64,000 bases of DNA from Macrostomum lignano (lineage: Eukaryota). A model generated the notes under the pieces. It searched no databases. It was not told the DNA's origin and saw only the letters and a program-made list of their open reading frames with translations. The DNA is taken from positions 310,001-374,000 of the forward strand of contig NIVC01000061.1 in assembly GCA_002269645.1 (NCBI GenBank), read 5' to 3'. Positions 31,162 through 41,629 of this stretch are shown here, piece by piece. The position numbers and the translations under genes were made by a program. How positions within the stretch are numbered: position 1 is the first letter of the stretch; the number at the start of each line of letters is the position of its first letter.

Positions 31162-32049
31162 TACTTTGTTAAACAGTTTCAGCGATTTTCTGTGCTTGCT
31201 TATCTGATTGTTGTCTATGGTAAAATCTAAATCCAGTTGAACTGGCAGAGCCAGAACGCATAAGGTTTTACCACATACATAATCTGCACTATAAAAAATC
31301 TGATCGCTCTCTACCAGCCTCCAGCAGCTCATTTCCAAGATAAGACGATTGCAGCGTCCTTCTACTGCAACTGTCCGCGATAAATATAGATTTCGCTACG
31401 AGCACAAGCGAACGAATAGTGTAATAATTAAGGGGCACGCTAGTTAAGTTTGGCAGTCAAATAAAAAAACTGTTAGGATCAGTCCATACGTCTAAGACTT
31501 GCCATACCGTTAATCCTAGATTACGAGTCCGCTGAAAGTCTTATTCCGAGATGCAGTTGACTACTAGTGTCATAATTTATATCCCACCGTCACACGGTTC
31601 CATGTGACTTAGCGCCATGGCTTAAGCTAAAAGCAGAGCTCACTGGTTTGCGTAAGGGGGAAGGGGTCGGTACTAAGTAGTGTACTATAGATTCAAGGGT
31701 ATTAACCATGTGAGCCTTGCACTGCTCAGAGGGCTTATAAAACCGGGAACTTAGAGTCCATTAATCAAAATATGGAATTTTTTTGCAAAGCTCAAATCAA
31801 AAAAAGATAGGAAGAAGGGTGGCAATGCTTTTTACTGCAGAAAAATCTAATAGTTGCTGAATTTGAACATTAGCCACAGGTTCATAATTGGTTTTTATAG
31901 TTTCATAACTATTTTCACCTTTTGGAAATATTCGTTTTGGCAGCTTTTGGCAGCTTTCGTTAACATGGGTATCGAAAGAGGTTATTGCAGTTATTATTGA
32001 GGTTCGATTAAAGATCTGATATTTCATGTCCCAAATTACCTATGGCCAA

Positions 32050-32310
32050 AGCAGTCTATGTCCTAAACTTTCTATGGCCTAAACTTTCTATGGCCTAAAC
32101 TGTTCACATGGTCTAAACTGACCACGGTTATAATATCTATGGTCTAAACTGCCTATGACCTATGCTGTCTATGGCCTAAACTGTCTATGGTCTAAAGTAA
32201 CTATGGTCTAAACTGTCTATGGCCTAGAGTGCCTAAGGCCTGCCTAAACTGTCTATGGCCGAAACTGTCTATGGCCTAGAGTGTCCTATGGACTAAATTT
32301 ACAATGGCTA
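32050..32310. repeat. Degenerate ~18-bp minisatellite
   Basis: Core CTGTCTATGGCCTAAA. Confidence 0.85.
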
Positions 32311-32401
32311 TCTATTATCTAAACTATAAATTAACTTAGCTTTTTTTCAAAGTTCTAAACTGAGGTTTCTGAGTATAGCGCAGCAGTCAGTGGGTCCGCC
32401 T

Positions 32402-33082
32402 GCCAAGGCTCACGTGAGATGCCAAGGCTCACGTGAGATGCCAAGGCTCACGTGAGATGCCAAGGCTCACGTGAGATGCCAAGGCTCACGTGAGATGCCA
32501 AGGCTCACGTGAGATGCCAAGGCTCACGTGAGATGCCAAGGCTCACGTGAGATGCCAAGGCTCACGTGAGATGCCAAGGCTCACGTGAGATGCCAAGGCT
32601 CACGTGAGATGCCAAGGCTCACGTGAGATGCCAAGGCTCACGTGAGATGCCAAGGCTCACGTGAGATGCCAAGGCTCACGTGAGATGCCAAGGCTCACGT
32701 GAGATGCCAAGGCTCACGTGAGATGCCAAGGCTCACGTGAGATGCCAAGGCTCACGTGAGATGCCAAGGCTCACGTGAGATGCCAAGGCTCACGTGAGAT
32801 GCCAAGGCTCACGTGAGATGCCAAGGCTCACGTGAGATGCCAAGGCTCACGTGAGATGCCAAGGCTCACGTGAGATGCCAAGGCTCACGTGAGATGCCAA
32901 GGCTCACGTGAGATGCCAAGGCTCACGTGAGATGCCAAGGCTCACGTGAGATGCCAAGGCTCACGTGAGATGCCAAGGCTCACGTGAGATGCCAAGGCTC
33001 ACGTGAGATGCCAAGGCTAACGTGAGATGCCAAGGCTCACGTGAGATGCCAAGGCCCACGTGGAATGCTGAGATGCCAAGGC
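32402..33082. repeat. 19-bp minisatellite with palindromic CACGTG core
   Basis: Unit GCCAAGGCTCACGTGAGAT, about 34 near-identical copies. Confidence 0.97.
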
Positions 33083-33619
33083 TGTCGTAGCAGTCAGTGA
33101 GGTGGCGGTGTGTGGCACAGATCAATTTTTAGATCAAATAAAAAATGCTTTGCTCCCAAAAACCGCCAAAGTAACCCTGAGTTTTGCATTCCCTTTGAAG
33201 CGATCCGGTCGGAACTGAAGGGCGCGCTTGACTTGCTGATTCATGCCTCTTGGCTACTGACTCAGCTGGAAGCTGGAGGGCTCAACTCTCGGTGGACCTT
33301 TTATGCCCCTCAGGGATTCTAATAGCTATTGGTCTGAATTATTAATTTATGAGACCAGCACAGCTGGCTTCTGTGAAACGAGATCTGACACAGGTTGTGA
33401 GAGTCAGCCCTGTCCCGTGTTTTTAAGGCCGCTACTTCGGTATTTACCTGTGCAGTCACTTCCACAGTGCCGCATTTTCTGTTACTAACGTGCGCGGGAT
33501 AATTTTTTTGCCTTGCCTATGCTTGCCTACTGAAGCTGTTTGAGTCCTCTGAGAAACCTCTGAGAGGGCGACTGTGAGTCGCTCTTTGCCCACATGCCTA
33601 CACGCTGAGCGGCATCAGA

Positions 33620-34310
33620 GCAATCTTTGATCGCTTTCTGAGCACTCACTGAGCACTCTCTGAGCACTCACTGAGCACCCTCTGACCACCCTCTGAGCAC
33701 CCTATGAGCACTCTTTAAGCCTCTAAACAGCCTTTAAAGTGCCACAAACTCTGTGACCAAGGACGACTAAAGTCTGTGAGTGATCCAACATCTTGCAAAT
33801 GAGCACCCAACCTGTAACTGAGCACCCAACCTGTAACTGAGCACCCAACCTGTAACTGAGCACCCAACCTGTAACTGAGCACCCAACCTGTAACTGAGCA
33901 CCCAACCTGTAACTGAGCACCCAACCTGTAACTGAGCACACTCTGTAACTGAGCACACACTCTGTAACTGAGCACACACTGTAACTGAGCACACACTCTG
34001 TAACTGAGCACACACTGTAACTGAGCACACACTCTGTAACTGAGCACACACTCTGTAACTGAGCACACACTCTGTAACTGAGCACACACTCTAGGCCGTA
34101 TGCAGAAAGCTCCGTCTAGGGTAGTCCGGTCTTGAAAAGCTAGTCTAGACTTGGATTTGGTATGCAGAAACACAAAGTTAGACCGGTACGTCTATTATAG
34201 CAGAACTAGGGTAGCTAGACCATAGACTATAGGCTGAACTACCCAAGTCCGGACTAGCTAGTCTGGACTAGGCTTTATACATACGGCCCTCTGTAACTGA
34301 GCACACCCAT
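33620..34310. repeat. TGAGCAC-based arrays (10-bp, then 17-19-bp TGTAACTGAGCAC...)
   Basis: Arrays at about 33640-33715 and 33805-34092; the second resumes at 34289 after a MITE. Confidence 0.88.
34093..34288. mobile_element. Small MITE (~195 bp) inserted in the minisatellite
   Basis: Termini GGCCGTATGCAGAAAGC / GCTTTATACATACGGCC with internal inverted segments; flanked by CTCT on both sides. Confidence 0.7.
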
Positions 34311-34699
34311 TGCAAGGAAGGACTTAATGCTCCCGCAGTTACAAAGCGGCAGAGCTTGCACGCATGTCAGCAATCCAAATTTGACCAAAACCTGTTTCCC
34401 TTAGTTTCCTATTGGCCCGAAATTCCTATTGGGTAGCTACTTCAGTAGAAATGGGATTTTTATCCCTTTAAAAAACTGTGCCTTCTGGCCCCATGGCTTC
34501 TAAAAATTCTCTGCGCACCGCACCGGACAACAGGCTGCAGATCTCAGCACGGACTCCGCAACTCAAAGTGAGCAGGTTTTGTATGTTCCAGAGAGATTCG
34601 GGCTGGCACGCCCGATAGCCACCTGTCCTTGGCGCTTTTTCACAGCCCACGCAATCCCCGACATGCTCTAATCCGGCTGGCTGCCCAGATTGTTAGCTT

Positions 34700-34702
<3 letters not shown>

Positions 34703-34767
<65 letters not shown>

Positions 34768-34772
34768 TCTCT
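34703..34772. repeat. (CT)n microsatellite
   Basis: Direct reading of the sequence. Confidence 0.95.
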
Positions 34773-35189
34773 ACTGTTTTCCATATTTCTCGTTCTGGCG
34801 AATGCCGAATGAGCACCAGCGGAAGCCCCAGCTGCGGCTGTTGGGCACGCGCAGACTTGCCGGGCAGAGCAGATTATGCTAATTGATTGATTGCTGGGGC
34901 GCGCCAGCTCAGCCATTAGTTTGAAGGGATGGAGAGGAGAGGCTGGAGGTCAGTGGGCTTGGCTGAGAGGGCAGGGGTTGGGCTGCAATTAGTTTCTGCT
35001 TTCGCCTGGCACAGTAACCAGTGGGAACCAGATAGTGTGAGTGGTTGAGCAGTGGGACAGAGCAGATGGATGCAGCCGAGTAGAGAAAATGCGGTTTCAT
35101 TAATAATTATGCGTTTTGGACGCTTTCTCCTTTGTTATTTAAAAAAAAACTCGCTAAAATATAATCTCTTGGCGTCTGAGCTCGAGTAA

Positions 35190-36492
35190 GTGAATCTAAA
35201 GAGATTTGTAGATCAGTCCTAGTGAATCTAAAGAGATGTGTAGATCAGTCCTAGAAAATCTACACAGAGATGTGTAGATCAGTCCTAGAAAATCTACACA
35301 GAGATGTGTAGATCAGTCCTAGAAAATCTACACAGAGATGTGTAGATCAGTCCTAGTGAATCTAAAGAGATGTGTAGATCAGTCCTAGTGAATCTAAAGA
35401 GATGTGTAGATCAGTCCTAGTGAATCTAAAGAGATGTGTAGATCAGTCCTAGTGAATCTAAAGAGATGTGTAGATCAGTCCTAGTGAATCTAAAGAGATG
35501 TGTAGATCAGTCCTAGTGAATCTAAAGAGATGTGTAGATCAGTCCTAGTGAATCTAAAGAGATGTGTAGATCAGTCCTAGTGAATCTAAAGAGATTTGTA
35601 GATCAGTCCTAGTGAATCTAAAGAGATTTGTAGATCAGTCCTAGTGAATCTAAAGAGATGTGTAGATCAGTCCTAGAAAATCTACACAGAGATGTGTAGA
35701 TCAGTCCTAGTGAATCTAAAGAGATGTGTAGATCAGTCCTAGAAAATCTACACAGAGATGTGTAGATCAGTCCTAGTGAATCTAAAGAGATGTGTAGATC
35801 AGTCCTAGTGAATCTAAAGAGATGTGTAGATCAGTCCTAGAAAATCTAAACAGAGATGTGTAGATCAGTCCTAGAAAATCTAAACAGAGATGTGTAGATC
35901 AGTCCTAGAAAATCTACACAGAGATGTGTAGATCAGTCCTAGTGAATCTAAAGAGATGTGTAGATCAGTCCTAGAAAATCTACACAGAGATGTGTAGATC
36001 AGTCCTAGTGAATCTAAAGAGATGTGTAGATCAGTCCTAGTAAATCTGTACAGAGATGTGTAGATCAGTCCTAGTAAATCTAAACAGAGATGTGTAGATC
36101 AGTCCTAAAAAATCTACACAGAGATGTGTAGATCAGTCCTAGAAAATCTACACAGAGATGTGTAGATCAGTCCTAGTGAATCTAAAGAGATGTGTAGATC
36201 AGTCCTAGTAAATCTGTACAGAGATGTGTAGATCAGTCCTAGTGAATCTAAAGAGATGTGTAGATCAGTCCTAGTAAATCTGTACAGAGATGTGTAGATC
36301 AGTCCTAGTAAATCTAAACAGAGATGTGTAGATCAGTCCTAAAAAATCTACACAGAGATGTGTAGATCAGTACTAGTAAATCTAAACAGAGATGTGTAGA
36401 TCAGTACTAGTAATTCTAAACAGAGATGTGCAGATCAGTCCTAGTAAATCTACACAGAGATGTGTAGATCAGTCCTAGAAAATCTACACAGC
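35190..36492. repeat. ~32-33-bp minisatellite
   Basis: Units GAGATGTGTAGATCAGTCCTAG(TGAATCTAAA / AAAATCTACACA). Confidence 0.96.
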
Positions 36493-36782
36493 TTTAGCAA
36501 TACACAAAGGCTATGCAATATCTGATACGAGCTTTTAAGCAGTAAAACGCATGAAAGTTTTTATTCCAAAAAATGAATAATTCATGCAGAAGCATGCAAC
36601 AAAAAATCTAAATTCTAGTAGCAAGAAGCGCTCTTTAAAAAAAGCATTTTCCCTCTTTTTTGAAGAAGCAAAGGAAATGTGTAAAACAAAAAACCTTGAG
36701 CTGCAGTGACGCATGCAGAGGAAAATTCATTTCAATCTGAATTTGTCACGTTCTTGGCAATAAAACTGCTTTCAGCAGCTAA

Positions 36783-38290
36783 ACCGATTGGCCGCTGCTC
36801 CCCCTCAGGTCCTCAGCTTTGAGTAGTGTAGGACCGATTGGCCGCTGCTCCCCCTCAGGTCCTCAGCTTTGAGTAGTGTAGGACCGATTGGCCGCTGCTC
36901 CCCCTCAGGTCCTCAGCTTTGAGTAGTGTAGGACCGATTGGCCGCTGCTCCCCCTCAGGTCCTCAGCTTTGAGTAGTGTAGGACCGATTGGGGCCGCTGC
37001 TCCCCCTCAGGTCCTCAGCTTTGAGTAGTGTAGGACCGATTGGGGCCGCTGCTCCCCCTCAGGTCCTCAGCTTTGAGTAGTGTAGGACCGATTAGGGCCG
37101 CTGCTCCCCCTCAGGTCCTCAGCTTTGAGTAGTGTAGGACCGATTGGGGCCGCTGCTCCACCCTGAGGTCTTCAGCTTTGAGTAGTGTAGGACCGATTGG
37201 GGCCGCTGCTCCACCCTGAGGTCTTCAGCTTTGAGTAGTGTAGGACCGATTGGGGCCGCTGCTCCACCCTGAGGTCTTCAGCTTTGAGTAGTGTAGGACC
37301 GATTGGCCGCTGCTCCCCCTCAGGTCCTCAGCTTTGAGTAGTGTAGGACCGATTGGCCGCTGCTCCCCCTCAGGTCCTCAGTTTTGAGTAGTGTAGGACC
37401 GATTGGCCGCTGCTCCCCCTCAGGTCCTCAGCTTTGAGTAGTGTAGGACCGATTAGGGCCGCTGCTCCCCCTCAGGTCCTCAGCTTTGAGTAGTGTAGGA
37501 CCGATTGGGGCCGCTGCTCCCCCTCAGGTCCTCAGCTTTGAGTAGTGTAGGACCGATTAGGGCCGCTGCTCCCCCTCAGGTCCTCAGCTTTGAGTAGTGT
37601 AGGACCGATTGGGGCCGCTGCTCCACCCTGAGGTCTTCAGCTTTGAGTAGTGTAGGACCGATTGGGGCCGCTGCTCCACCCTGAGGTCTTCAGCTTTGAG
37701 TAGTGTAGGACCGATTGGGGCCGCTGCTCCACCCTGAGGTCTTCAGCTTTGAGTAGTGTAGGACCGATTGGCCGCTGCTCCCCCTCAGGTCCTCAGCTTT
37801 GAGTAGTGTAGGACCGATTGGGGCCGCTGCTCCACCCTGAGGTCTTCAGCTTTGAGTAGTGTAGGACCGATTGGCCGCTGCTCCCCCTCAGGTCCTCAGC
37901 TTTGAGTAGTGTAGGACCGATTGGCCGCTGCTCCCCCTCAGGTCCTCAGCTTTGAGTAGTGTAGGACCGATTGGGGCCGCTGCTCCCCCTCAGGTCCTCA
38001 GCTTTGAGTAGTGTAGGACCGATTGGCCGCTGCTCCCCCTCAGGTCCTCAGCTTTGAGTAGTGTAGGACCGATTAGGGCCGCTGCTCCCCCTCAGGTCCT
38101 CAGCTTTGAGTAGTGTAGGACCGATTAGGGCCGCTGCTCCCCCTCAGGTCTTCAGCTTTGAGTAGTGTAGGACCGATTAGGGCCGCTGCTCCCCCTCAGG
38201 TCCTCAGCTTTGAGTAGTGTAGGACCGATTGGGGCCGCTGCTCCCCCTCAGGTCCTCAGCTTTGAGTAGTGTAGGATCGATCCGGGCCGC
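36783..38290. repeat. 50/52-bp minisatellite directly upstream of the GPCR
   Basis: Unit CCGATTGG(GG)CCGCTGCTCCCCCTCAGGTCCTCAGCTTTGAGTAGTGTAGGA, about 29 copies. Confidence 0.97.
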
Positions 38291-38375
38291 TGTAAACGAA
38301 GGCCATCAGCTTCAATAGCGCTGCTAATTTGTGCTCACACATGCAGTCAGCTCCCGTCACTCCCACCTTCCAGCC

Positions 38376-39674
38376 ATGAGCAACATCAGCAACTGCACCG
38401 CCGAGCCCGGCTGGCAGTCGCTGAGCCCCGTCGACCTGGCCCTGATCGTTGTCACGCCATCGATTGTCGCCTTCGGCATCGCGGCCAACTCCATCAACAT
38501 TGTCGTACTGACCCGCAAGTGGATGGCCTCGTCAACCAACAACTACCTGACTGCTCTGGCCGCGGTGGACACCGCCTACCTCATCGTGTTCTACGTCATC
38601 ACCGTCAAGTTCTACCCCGGCGTGCTCAGCAGCCAGTGGTTCGCGCACGCACTCAGCTACCTGTTTCCCCTGGCCAACCTGCTTAGCAACTACGCCACCT
38701 GGCTGACCTGCCTGTTCACTTTCGAGCGCTGGCTGGTGATCTACAAGCCCATGCTCGGGAGGAGGCACTGCACCAAGGAGAGGGCGAAGCACCTCACCTG
38801 GGGCCTGTTCGCGGCCACTGCGCTCTGCACCCTGCCCAACTTCTTCGAATACCAAGCTGTCGTTGCCAAGGAGGTGGACTGCGGCAACTACACGGAGACT
38901 GTGTATGGCATCGGCAAGACCGGCGCCTACAAGGTGATGAAATCGCTGGGCTACTACCAGGTGTTTGTGTCCATCTTCGTGTTCGGCCCGCTGCTGTTTC
39001 TGGTCGTGTTCAACAGCCTGCTCATCCGCAGCGTCGTCCTTGCCCGTCGACGTCGAGTAGCCATGGGCCGCGGAGGCGGCGGCGGCGAAGACCACTCGCC
39101 TGACATCCACCAGGCGATCCCGCTGCACCAGTCGTCGCCATCAGGCCAGCAGCAGCGGGAGCATCAGCGGCGTGAGCACAAGCCAGCCAACGAGCAGCAG
39201 AAGGTGACGGTGATGCTCATCGCCGTGGTGCTGCTGTTCTGCCTCTGCCAGCTGCCGTCCGCTGTCGTCACCCTGCGCAAGGCGATGCGATCCGACGCTG
39301 CGGCCGCCGCCGCCTCCTCGTCGGGCAGTCAGACGATGGCGTCGCGCCTGCTGAACTCGCTGGTGAACATCCTGCTGCTGCTGAACGCGGCCAGCAACTT
39401 CGTCCTGTACTCCTGCTTCTCTACCCGCTTCCGCGATACGTTCCGGCGGGTGTTCTTGAACTGCGGCGACAACCGGGGCGCCGGTCATGGAGGCGGCGGT
39501 GCCAACAGGAGCTGGGCGACAGCGGCGGGTCGCAGCGCCGAGCCTTCGCCGTCCGCCAGTCCCCGGGTCAGCCCGCGGCGCAGCTCGGCCGTCCCCGAGG
39601 CGGCGGCGGGCTCGAACTCGCGCTACCTACGGGTTCCGCTGGCTGGTGGAGGAGACGAAGGAAAAGCCGCGTGA
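38376..39674 (+). CDS. Neuropeptide GPCR, FMRFamide/sex-peptide receptor-like, single exon, about 432 aa
   Basis: ATG at 38376. Motifs NSINIVVLTRKWMASSTNNYLTALAAVD, CLFTFERW, KVTVMLIAVVLLFCLCQLP and NAASNFVLYSCFSTRFR; seven hydrophobic segments. Confidence 0.93.
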   Translation: MSNISNCTAEPGWQSLSPVDLALIVVTPSIVAFGIAANSINIVVLTRKWMASSTNNYLTALAAVDTAYLIVFYVITVKFYPGVLSSQWFAHALSYLFPLANLLSNYATWLTCLFTFERWLVIYKPMLGRRHCTKERAKHLTWGLFAATALCTLPNFFEYQAVVAKEVDCGNYTETVYGIGKTGAYKVMKSLGYYQVFVSIFVFGPLLFLVVFNSLLIRSVVLARRRRVAMGRGGGGGEDHSPDIHQAIPLHQSSPSGQQQREHQRREHKPANEQQKVTVMLIAVVLLFCLCQLPSAVVTLRKAMRSDAAAAAASSSGSQTMASRLLNSLVNILLLLNAASNFVLYSCFSTRFRDTFRRVFLNCGDNRGAGHGGGGANRSWATAAGRSAEPSPSASPRVSPRRSSAVPEAAAGSNSRYLRVPLAGGGDEGKAA

Positions 39675-39854
39675 CCCCCCGGCTGAAGTCATGGACTGCT
39701 AAATTAGTAGAGACCCAAAAACGACGCCCTTTAGTAGTCCTAAGCAATTGGAACACTGGAACTTGTGAAAACTGGAAATAGAGTGATTGGAAACTGTCGA
39801 AGTTTTTTTAGCGAAAGGAATATTTTCCTATGTTTGACAGAAGCTTCTCGGTTG

Positions 39855-39970
39855 ACGCGTCTGACTATCGCGCTGGCCAGAGTACACACTCAGGATTGCC
39901 GACCCCAAGGCGCAGAGGGTGTACATGCCTGACGATTAGAAGGTCAGGGCCGCTGTACACCCTGCGTGAT
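39855..39970. other. Dispersed structured element, copy 2 (hairpin 39911-39966)
   Basis: Homologous to 12545-12655. Stems CGCA..GGGTGTACA / TGTACACCC.TGCG and CCTGAC / GTCAGG. Confidence 0.75.
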
Positions 39971-40432
39971 TAGCTGCCTGCGTTCATATCTGTCTGTGAA
40001 AGCTCGCCTTCTCAGGTTCGACTCATGCCTTGATTTCCGGCAGTGACCGACTCACCTTGGTTTGATATTTTTTAGCTGCTGGCTTTCCAGTTTTCCAGTT
40101 TGCGTGATTTCCTGCGTCAAATTTTTGCCACAAAAACGCATTAGCGGGATTGGAAGTTTTCATTTTGTATCACTCGCTGGGGCACAATTAATTGATCCTG
40201 CCTCACCTGCCTCAACCTCCGGATCTCCGGATTGCAATTGAAGTCAGGTGCTGCTCGGGGTTTTGCAGCAGATTATGGGATGCGGACAATCTTGACCCAG
40301 CAAAATCCGCTTAGAAGATTTCAATAAAGAGATGGCAAAACAACGGAACTTTGCTTTCTTTCTCTAAATATTCTTGAGCAATTAAGATTGAGTCACGTGT
40401 GAGTCAGCCAGTTTGACTGCCGATGACTGGAG

Positions 40433-40520
40433 CTAGGGTTGGGGTTAGGGTTAGGGCTAGGGTTAGGGTTAGGGTTAGGGTTAGGGTTAGGGTTAGGGTT
40501 AGGATTAGGGTTAGGTTTTG
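40433..40520 (+). repeat. Interstitial telomeric repeat (TTAGGG)n
   Basis: About 14 units with a few variants. Confidence 0.95.
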
Positions 40521-41270
40521 GGTCAGCCAGCAAAGAACGAACTTGCATCCTTGCACTCTGGAAGCCAAAAAATCAGAAAATTGTGTTTTTTTTGCTAAAA
40601 ACTGAAAACATTTCCGACATTTCACAGAGTTCCGACATTTCACAGATCCCGCTGTGCAGCGAAAATCGACCTCAATTAAAAATTCCAAGATCTGCGAGTA
40701 CAGCGGCCTTCTAGCTGGGCTGTCCGCGCGGGCTTAAAAGGACTATCATTTTTGCTTGTCGTTGCGTGTTGTGCTGACTCACTTGAGTCAGCTGCAGGGG
40801 GCGTCCGGCGGATGCAGCGAGGAGGCGGAGGAGACCGGCCATTTCGCTGGCCCCTGGCGACCAATGACTTCCATCGAAAGACATCAGCTCGTCCCTGAAG
40901 TGTCCCTGAAGTACCGGGCGAGCGGCGGGGTGCTCTCGGGCATGCAACCGTCGGAGAGAACCGGATTTGGCCCGAGGTGGCCCTGGTGAAAACTGGGCAG
41001 TGGCAGATAAAGTGCTCCGCGTTTTCAGTTCCTCAGCGGCAGAAGGGGCACCGCTCCTCAGGTACCTGGCTCTGAAGGAAGCAGCCATGCCTGGAGAGGG
41101 CCATGCTAACTGCTCTGAGGTCTCTGCGGTTGAGCCTGAGGAGGGCTCTACGAAGGAAGGGGGAGGGGCGTGTTGTGTTGTCTTGCCATGTTTCTTCTGC
41201 AACACCCCGTCTTCTGCTTCTTCAAAGTCTCAATGAAGCCTCCCATCACAGCTCATTTGGCCCTCCCGAC

Positions 41271-41580
41271 TCATGTCATCAGCGAGGAGGCTAGCAAAGA
41301 AGTTTCTAAGAAAAGTTGCGGCGAGGGAATTTGCATCCAATTTGCATCACATTTCTTTGCGATAAAATCATCTTTGTCACTTTTGTCGTTTCGTAAATGT
41401 GTAAAATTTCTTCTGCAGCCCGGTATGCTGCCTCTGTGCTCCTTTTCTGCGAAGAAAAAGTCGGATGGTACAAAAACAGAATTATTTACTAGCCTTTGAA
41501 AACAAACTATGAAGACAGACAGGCAGACCGACAGACATACACACAGACAGGCAGGCAGATACACAGACAGACAGGCAGGC

Positions 41581-41629
<49 letters not shown>

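Noticed and set aside
35190-36492. Resemblance of AATCTAC...GTAGAT to the Cas12a direct-repeat stem
   Set aside because: The match is only a 5-6 bp stem, there are no spacers and there is no nuclease gene; coincidental.
39928-39950. Hammerhead ribozyme core (CTGACGA...GAA)
   Set aside because: There is no GAAA, the CTGAC is base-paired in the stem, and copy 1 reads CTAACGA.
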